From Vicugna vicugna (Eukaryota): a stretch of DNA of 64,000 bases. Of the stretch, positions 56,400 to 64,000 are shown one piece after another. The first letter of the stretch is position 1, and every line of letters begins with the position of its first letter. The stretch lies in contig MU061578.1 of assembly GCA_013265495.1 (NCBI GenBank), positions 2,923,308 through 2,987,307 of the forward strand, given 5' to 3'. The position numbers were made by a program, and so were the translations under genes. A model generated the notes under the pieces. The model did not search any database. It saw only the letters and a list, made by a program, of their open reading frames with translations, and was not told the DNA's origin.

Positions 56400-57560
56400 G
56401 TCTTTCAACAGCATTATTGAGATAAAATTCACATACCATACATATCACCCATTTAAAGTGTGCCATTCAGGGGGGAGGGAAATAGCTCAGTGGTAGAGTG
56501 CATGCTTAGCATACATGAGGTCCTGGGTTCAATCTCCAGTACCTCCATTAACAACAAAAGTGCTGGTAAAATAGAATAAAACAACATTGCTAACCTGGAA
56601 TCTCTATCTATTGAAAATATCCCTAGTAAATGAAGGAGAAATTAAAAACAAATTTTTTTAAAGTGTGCAGCTCAGTGGGCTTTAGTATATTCAGAGAGTT
56701 ATGCAAATATCACCACAATTAGAAAATTTCATCACCCTAAAAGAAACCCCGTATCTATTAGCAGTCACATCCTCCAACCACCCCAGCCCTAGACAACTTC
56801 ATCTAGTTTCTGTCTCCAAGGAGCTGCCTATCCTGGCCATTTATATAAATGGAATCATACAATATGTATTTGTTCAAGGCTCACTCACCTCTTCAGTACT
56901 TTGTTCCCTTTTATGACTGAATACTATTCCATTGCACTGATTCTACCATGTTTTATTCACCCATTCATCAGCTGAAGGACATTTGGGTTGTTTGCACTTT
57001 GGGGCTGTTATGAATAGTGGTGCTGTGACCATGGTACAAGTTTTTGTGTGGACGCAGATTTTTATTTTCTTGGGTCTATACCTAGGAATGGAATTGCTGG
57101 GTCACATGGTAACTCCATATTTAACCTTTTGAGGAACTTCCAGACTGTTTCCAACAGTAGCTGCACCATTTCACATTCCCACCCACAGTGTCCACAGATT
57201 CCAGTTTCTCCACCTCCTCGCCAACACTTGTTATCTTGTCTTTTTAATATAGCTGTTCTAGTACGTGTAGGTAAGGTTAGGGTTAGGGTTTAAGGTTAGA
57301 ATTTTTTACTATAGTCGTATTAATGGATGGGATGTGCTATCATTTTTTGGTTTTGATTTGAATTTCACTAATGAGTTAAGCATTTTTTCATGTGATTATT
57401 GGCCATCTGTATGTTTTCTTTACAGGAATGTCTATTAAAGTCTTTTGTCCAGTTTTCAATTCATTATTTGTCTCTTTATTTTTGAGTTGTAAGGTTTTTT
57501 TCTATTTTGTATCAGTCCCTTATCAGATATATTCTAAGCAAATATTCCTGCCATTCTTGG
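56400..57560 (-). mobile_element. Old L1 (minus strand) interrupted by a SINE
   Basis: Reverse complement of L1 ORF2 end and 3' UTR; includes the second arm of the inverted repeat. Confidence 0.85.
56471..56560 (+). mobile_element. Vic-1-type SINE
   Basis: tagctcagtggtagagtgcatgcttagcat...ggttcaatc...agtacctcc. Confidence 0.88.
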
Positions 57561-57589
57561 GATAGCATCTAATTTTAAGAGTTAACAAT

Positions 57590-58835
57590 AAAGTTACAGT
57601 AATAAAGACAGTACGATCTGGGTGAAAGACACAGAGGTCAACAGAACAAAATAGAGGGTTCAGAAATAGACATGCAGAAACTGTCCAATTAATTTTTTTG
57701 CAAACAAGCTAGAGAAGGCAATTTGATAGAGGAAGTATAGTGTTTTCAACAAAAGGTGTTGGAATAATTGGACACTCATAGGACTAACCGTCACCCCTTA
57801 CACAACAGTTATCACAAAACAGATCTTAGATCTAAGTGTAAAATGTAAACTATGAAACATTTAGAAGAAACCAGAGATGAAGATCTCTGCGACCTGGGAT
57901 TAGGCACAGTATTCTCAGGCATGATTCTAAAAGCATGAATCTTAAAAGAAAAATTTAGTAAATTAGACTTCATCAAAAATAAAACTTTGGCTCTACAAAT
58001 GACACTTTTGAAAGGATAAAATAACAAACTACAAACTAGGAGAAAAATGGGCAAAAGACCAGAACAGATATTTCACCAAAGAGGACCGCAAATGAGCACG
58101 CAAAAAGATGCTCCACACCCCTGGCCATCAGAGAAATGCAAATTGAAGCCGCAATGACAGATCATCTCACAACTGTCAGACTGACTAACATGTAAAAGCA
58201 CTGAAAGGATGCAGGGCAAATAAGACTCCCCTTCACTGCTGAGGGATGCAAAATGGTCCAGCCACTCTGGAGCAGTTTAGCAGTTTTTCACAAAGTTAAA
58301 CATGCACTTAGCACATGAACCAATGATCCTACTCCTAGATAGGGTACCATCCTAGAGAAATAAAAACTTATGTTCACATAAAGACCTACACAAGAAGGTT
58401 CATAGCAGTTTTATTTGTAATAGCTCCAAACTGGAAAAAACAAACAAACAATTGTTGCATGGGAGAATGAATGAACATTAACACCACAGAATACTACTCT
58501 GCAATAAAAAGAAACTACGCATACAGGCAACAACATGCATGGTCCTTGAGGGTATTACACTAAGTAAAAGAAGCCAGTCCTAAAAGATGCTTTATACTGT
58601 GTGATTCCATTTACAGGATATTCTTGAAAAAGACCAAATTAGAGTGATTGTCAGAGTTTGGGGGGACAGAGGAAGGTGAGATGGCAAAGGGGCAGCATGT
58701 GGGAGTTTTCTGGGTTGATGGAGCCGTTATGTATCCTGATTCTGGTGAGGGTTACACAGATCTATACCTGTGTCAAAATTCAAAGAGCAGCACACTAAAA
58801 AAATCAATGGTGCCATATGTTGAAATATAGTTAAA
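57590..58835 (+). mobile_element. Old L1 (L1MC/MD-like) fragment
   Basis: ttagacttcatcaaaaat...gaaatgcaaatt...gaatactactctgcaataaaaag. Confidence 0.75.
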
Positions 58836-59229
58836 AGGAGTATTTGCCTCATGATGTTTAAATTATGGTATGGTGAGCAACACAGCAGTCCCTAAAAGCA
58901 CATGACATTAGAAGGACCCTCTTTTATTGACCTGCCACCTCCTCCAGCTTTTCAGGGTCAGAACCAGTCACTCCCTCCCCACTCAGAGCCCACTGGGCAA
59001 AACCATTGCTTTCTCGGAGAAAATCCAGGGATCGTAGAGCCAGGGGGAGAGAACTGGTATGTGAAAGGCTGGTCTAGCCACAGGACCCACTGAGGAGAGA
59101 TGCAGGCAACGTGACATGAGCCAGCTGAGGAAGGTGTGTGGTCATCCAGCTTCTCCCATTTTGTGATTCTGAGATGGACAAGGACAGTGCAGAGCTGGGC
59201 TGCAAATGCCGGAGGACCTCCTGGGTTGG

Positions 59230-59485
59230 CGGGGCCCCTATCTCTCCTGGAGTCTGGTCAGGCTGCGGCCAACGCCCCCTCTATTCTCTCTGCCAAGGCC
59301 CAGCAAGGGAGGCCCGAGTGATAGCCCCTCACCCCACCAGGCCCACCAGGCCTGACTGCCCATTGTCACTGCATCTGATAAGAGGCCCCACCACCCAAAC
59401 CCCCTCCCCTCTCCCAGAGATGACCACAGCCTGGCCCTCACCCTGGCTCCAGGTATATAAGGGGACCCTGGGGGCCGAGCACCAT
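59230..59485 (+). promoter_or_regulatory. HBZ proximal promoter
   Basis: GATA CTATCT 59238 and TGATAA 59376, CCACCC 59391, TATATAA 59454-59460. Confidence 0.85.
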
Positions 59486-59529
59486 GGAGGCCAGTTCTGA
59501 GCACACCTAGCTCTAGGTCAGCCGCCACC

Positions 59530-59624
59530 ATGTCTCTGACCAAGGCTGAGAGGACCATCATTGTGTCCATGTGGGGCAAGATCGCCACACAGGCGGACGT
59601 CATCGGCATGGAGGCCCTGGAAAG
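59530..59624 (+). CDS. HBZ: HBZ exon 1
   Basis: ATG...GAA AG|GTGAGT. Confidence 0.95.
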
Positions 59625-60616
59625 GTGAGTGCCAGCTGGGCTGGATGTAGCCGGGCAGGTGACTGTGGGCCAGAGAGGAGAGGACAGTAAGGACAGCGGT
59701 CAGTGAGGAGGGGACAGGGAGGTGCGGTCAGTGGTGAGGACAGGGGATGGTGGCCGGTGAGCAGGAAGAGGAGGTGAACTCGGAGGGGAGATGACTGTAG
59801 GGCTGTGTCTCTCCAGGCCCAGCACCCAGGTCTCCACAAACACCTGTTGAATGAATGAATGAGTGAGTGAGTGAGTGAGTGAGTGAGTGAAGGGGTGAAG
59901 AAGGAAGGAACGTGGGAACGATGGGGCGGTGAGGGTGAGTGAGATAGTACCGGGGCCATTCTGGAGCCTGGGGCAACAGGAAAAGTCAGCAGTACTCATC
60001 CTGCCTTTACCTGAACTTTGCATATTTCGGTCTACGTGGGTTTTTGCATTAATATTGATGTTTTAATACACTGTGTGAAAATACCACGTGTCCAGAACGC
60101 TGGGTCGGCGCCTGGACTGTCGCGTCCTGGGGCAGCGTCGTCCCGACCTCGCCTCACCCCCGCCGCCCCCCCGCAGGCTCTTCTCCAGCTTCCCGCAGAC
60201 CAAGACCTACTTCCCGCACTTCGACCTGCATCCAGGCTCCGCGCAGCTGCGCGCGCACGGCTCCAAGGTGCTGGCCGCCTTGGGCGACGCAGTCAAGAGC
60301 ATCGACAACGTGGCGGGCGCTCTGTCCAAGCTCAGCGAGCTGCACGCCTACGTCTTGCGCGTGGACCCGGTCAACTTCAAGGTGGGCGCGGGGCTGGGGT
60401 CCTGGTGGGGCCCGGCGAGGCGGGGCGGGGTCTGGGCGGAAGGCGCCCGGGGCCCGCGCGCTGAGCCTCCCTCCCTTTCCGCCCCAGCTCCTGTCCCACT
60501 GCCTGCTGGTCACCGTGGCCTCCCACTTCCCCGCTGACTTCACGGCCGACGCCCACGCCGCCTGGGACAAGTTCCTGTCCATCGTGTCCTCCGTTCTGAC
60601 AGAGAAGTACCGCTGA
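59530..60616 (+). CDS. HBZ: Hemoglobin subunit zeta (embryonic alpha-like globin), join(59530..59624,60177..60381,60488..60616), 142 aa
   Basis: Globin exon sizes 95/205/129 nt; [23 protein letters not shown]...[27 protein letters not shown]...[25 protein letters not shown]...VLTEKYR*; both distal and proximal His present; Kozak gccaccATG; first globin gene after NPRL3. Confidence 0.96.
59849..59890 (+). repeat. (GAAT)n(GAGT)n tetranucleotide microsatellite in HBZ intron 1, probably grown from an L2 tail
   Basis: gaatgaatgaatgagtgagtgagtgagtgagtgagtgagtga preceded by L2-like aaacacctgtt. Confidence 0.85.
60177..60381 (+). CDS. HBZ: HBZ exon 2
   Basis: ccgcag|G CTC TTC ... TTC AAG|GTGGGC. 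Confidence 0.96.
60488..60616 (+). CDS. HBZ: HBZ exon 3
   Basis: gccccag|CTC CTG TCC CAC ... TAC CGC TGA. Confidence 0.96.
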   Translation, partial: LLSHCLLVTVASHFPADFTADAHAAWDKFLSIVSSVLTEKYR

Positions 60617-60701
60617 GCGCAGCCGCGGACCCCCAGGACAGGATGCGCTCTCCGCTGCTCCAGGGGGTCTCCCGCCCACCCCATCTTCCCCAGGACGCGC
60701 C

Positions 60702-60707
60702 AATAAA
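60702..60707 (+). terminator. HBZ polyadenylation signal AATAAA
   Basis: 86 nt after the stop, followed by a GT-rich element. Confidence 0.85.
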
Positions 60708-61034
60708 CGAATCAACGTGCATCTTGTCTCTGTGGTCACTGGGGCCACTGCGGGTTGGCAGAGGTGGAAGCGGCTGGGGGTGCTGCCTGGGTCACACGGA
60801 GGGCTGCGGGAATCCTTGCAGTGACCCCCAAGGTCTCTCGGAGGGCAGAGGGCAGCTCCCGCGACATGGAGGGCAGTCACTATCCGGCACAGAGGAGACC
60901 CCTCGCCTTTACTTCTTAGGGCGTCGCTAGAGTCCCCCGACCCTTTGTTCCTGTGGTCTGCGGTGACACTTTTTCTTCTTCCTCCGGAATATATACTATT
61001 TGCTAGTTTATGCAGGATCTTAGTGAGAAAGGAG

Positions 61035-61200
61035 TTGATGAATCCATTCATCATCCATCCACCAATTCACTCTCCCATTAAACAAATGTTTTGGCATATA
61101 AGGGGCCCCAGTGTCTTTCTAGGCTATGGATACAACAGCTAAAACAAGCAAAGTTCCCTGCCCCATAGAGCTGACTATCTAGTCGGGGATACAGATCACA
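61035..61200 (-). mobile_element. L2 3' end fragment
   Basis: ccattcatcatccatcc...aacaaatg...gttccctgccccatagagctgac. Confidence 0.55.
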
Positions 61201-61883
61201 GTACACACGAGGAAAAAAAAAAAAAACAAAGAAAAGAGGCACAACCTTGCTCATAACAAGAGAAATGCAAATTAATATTAAAAGTAAATCTCCACTGAGA
61301 GCCATTTCTTACCCACCCTAATAACAAAAATCCAAGACTGACCACACTCTGCTGGCACCCCCTGCTAAGTGGTGAGCTGAAGCTCGCTGGAGGATAAACA
61401 AAGCAGCAGGGGCAGCTATGTTTGCTAAAGTCTAGAAAACCCAAAAGCCCTTCAGGTGGCACTGACAGAGTAAAGGGTAAACCATGAACATCCACACCAC
61501 AGAGAACTGGGAACTGAAAAATTTTTTTAAATGAGGGCAGTTTCTAGTAATGGTTGTGATGTAATAGCCAGGATTTATTAAGTGAAAAAAGAAAAAGAAG
61601 TAATAAAGAAGTAGACTGGTGTATATACAGCACGGTCACTTTTTTGTAAGACAGGAGGGGAATTCAAGAATGTGTGAGTACACACTTGTGTGAGCGAGTT
61701 CATTAACCTGTGTGTGTGCCCTCATGAGTGTGTGTGTGTTTGTGTGTGTTTGCTTATTTTTGCAAAAAGGCACTGTGGAAGGATGAATTGGAAAAGACCA
61801 CAAATGGCAACATGGGTGGGGTTGGAGGGAAGCTCCTCCAAATCTAACGCTGCATCATTTTGACCTTTGAATCTTGTAAATTT

Positions 61884-62024
61884 GGAGGGGAGGGAATGAA
61901 GTTTATTTAATTAATTAATTATTTGATTGATTAATTTATTTATTTATGTGGAGGTACTGGGGATTGAACCTAGGACCTTGTGCATGCTAAGCACATGCTC
62001 TACCACTGAGCTATACCCTCCCCC
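61884..62024 (-). mobile_element. Vic-1-type SINE (minus strand)
   Basis: Reverse-complement head 61950-62024; TSD ttgaatc(t/c)tgtaaat 61867-61881 and 62025-62039. Confidence 0.88.
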
Positions 62025-62149
62025 TTGAATCCTGTAAATATTTAAGATCACCAAAAATAAAACTTCAAAGAGCAAAAACTGAAAAGATCAAAGTCAAAAA
62101 CAAACTTATCCCAGGTTTTGCCACCAAAAAAAAAAATGTCCATGAGTTG

Positions 62150-62285
62150 TTCACACACACCACAACCCCTCTCCCGCACCCTGTCTTCAAAAACCTTTCC
62201 CTGAAAGCCACTGGGGAGTTCAGGCTTTTTGAGCATCAGTCTCCCAGACTCCTTGTTTAGCACCGGCAATAAACACTGCCATTTG
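62150..62285 (+). mobile_element. ERV LTR fragment
   Basis: aaaacctttccctgaaagccactggggagttcagg...tgagcat...aataaac U3/R-like signature; family not determined. Confidence 0.45.
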
Positions 62286-62369
62286 ACATCACATGGCTCC
62301 TAGTATCACCCAAGTCCTCAGCATCACCTATGGTGATAGTCAGATCTTCTCTTCTTGTGATAAAATGTA

Positions 62370-62790
62370 ACATTTACTGTTTTAACTATTTTAAGGTGAA
62401 CATCTCAGTGGCATTTAGTATATTTATCATGTTGCACAACTATCACCTACCTAGTTCCAGAACTTTTTCATCACTCCAAACAGAAACTCTGTGCCCCTCA
62501 GCCCCTGGTGAGCAGTCTGCTTTCTGTTCCTGTGGATTTGCCCATTCTGGACACTTCATACAAAGGGAATCATACAACATGCCAACTTCTGTGTCTGACT
62601 TCTTTTACTTGTCACACTACTTTCAAGGTTGATCTCTGTTGTAGCATGTACCAGTACTTCCTTTTCTATGGATGTATAATGTTCCATTGTAGGGAAATAC
62701 CAAATTTTGTTTATTCTTTCATTGATTGGTAGACATTTGGGCTGTTTGTGTCTTTTTGGCTATGTGAATTGTGCTGCTGTGCACAGTCTT
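62370..62790 (-). mobile_element. Old L1 3' UTR fragment (minus strand)
   Basis: cagtggcatttagta...ttccagaactttttcatcac... Confidence 0.75.
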
Positions 62791-62959
62791 TTTTTTTTTT
62801 CTTTTTAAAAAGGTAATTTTGCCCCAAGTTTTTTAATAAAAGTATTTTTGTTATTTTGGGCAAATTTTTATAGTCCTTATATACAGTAAGACACTTAGGG
62901 AAGTAGTGAGCTCCTGCCAAGGATTTCATTTCTTCCATATTTTTACTTAATAGTTACAT

Positions 62960-64000
62960 ATTTAGTTATATTGAGATATAATTGACCTACAACACTATGT
63001 TAGTATAGTGATTTGATATTTCTATACACTACAAAATAATGACCGCAATAAATTTAGTTACCATCTGTCATCATACAGTTATCACAATATCACTGTCTAT
63101 ATTCCCCATGGCTGTACGTTTCATCCCCATGACTTGTTTATTTTGTAACTGGAAGTTTGTGCCTCTTCATCTCCCTCACCTATTTCTCTCATCTCCTCAC
63201 CCCTCTCCCCTCTGGCAACCACCAGCTTGTTCTCTGTATCTATGAGTCTGTTTCTGTTTTGTTATGTTTGCTCATTTGTTTTGTTTTTTAGATTCTACAT
63301 CTGAGTGAAATCATAGGTACTTGTTTTTGTCTGCCTGACTTATTTCACCTAGCATAATTCCCTCTGGGTCCAACCGTGTTGTTGCAAATGGCAAGATTTC
63401 ATTATCTTTTATGGCTGAGTAGTAATTTGTTGTATATATGTCCCATATCTTCTTTATCCTTTCATCTGTTGATGGGCACTTAGTCTGCTTCCATGTCTTA
63501 GCTGTTGTAAATAATGCTGCTGTACTTTGGGATGCATATGCCTTTTTATGTTAGTGTTTTTGTTTTCCTTGAAAAATACCCAGAAGGCAATCACATCTCT
63601 TTTGAAGCATTTCCACACTGTTTTTCTCCTTACTGTAAATTGCACTGATTTACATTCCCACTAACAGCACACAAGGGTTCTCTTTTCTCTACATCCTCAC
63701 CAGCACTTGTTATTTCTTGTCTGTTTGATGATAGCATTTGACAGGTGTGAGGTGCCATCTCATTATGGTTTTGATTTGCATTTCCCTGATGATTAGTGAT
63801 GTCAAGCATCTTTTCATGCGCGTGTCGGCCATCTGTACATCTTTTGGAAAAGATCTGCTCAATTTTAAATTAGGTCACTTGTTCTTTGATGTTGAGTTGT
63901 GTGAATTCTTTGTATATTTTGGATAATAACCTCTTATCAGATATACTGTTTGCAAATGTCTTCTCCCATTCAGTAGGCTGCCTTTTGTTTTGTTGATCAT
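62960..64000 (-). mobile_element. L1 (L1MA-like) 3' end, minus strand, runs off the window
   Basis: ggttttgatttgcatttccctgatgattagtgatg...tttgcaaatgtcttctcccattc. Confidence 0.85.

Larger units (their letters stand above)
50679..57234. repeat. Inverted repeat: arm A 50679-51254 (+), arm B 56657-57234 (-)
   Basis: Direct reading of the reverse complement; for example 50741-50800 differs from its partner at only 2 of 60 positions. Confidence 0.9.

Noticed and set aside
59530..60616. Possibility that this globin is a pseudo-zeta or an adult alpha gene
   Set aside because: ORF, splice sites, TATA and poly(A) signal are intact, and the residues ([26 protein letters not shown]) are zeta-type

Overview
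Mammalian genomic DNA covering the 5' half of the alpha-globin locus. Seven tRNA-derived Vic-1-type SINEs, and no Alu, BovA, PRE-1 or SINEC that I could see, point to a camelid. The order is the conserved RHBDF1 (5' non-coding exon and CpG island, minus strand) - MPG (plus, 4 coding exons, 276 aa) - NPRL3 (minus, 13 coding exons, 569 aa) - HBZ zeta-globin (plus, 3 exons, 142 aa). All three CDSs splice through GT-AG introns into intact frames. The erythroid enhancer MCS-R2/HS-40 is clearly recognisable in an NPRL3 intron. MCS-R1, R3 and R4 and three CTCF motifs are inferred from motifs and position. The rest is L1/L2/MIR/MER3/SINE sequence; nearly all entries in the supplied ORF track are chance GC-rich or exon read-through ORFs. 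I found no new protein-coding system. The most unusual structures are: (i) a ~575-bp, unexpectedly similar inverted pair of old L1 fragments bracketing the R4-like enhancer, with signs of gene conversion and a telomere-like junction; (ii) a zeta-globin promoter with no CCAAT box and a Kozak ATG at the expected cap site; (iii) altered NF-E2/AP-1 sites in HS-40. Comparisons with human rely on recalled sequences, and identities were judged by eye.
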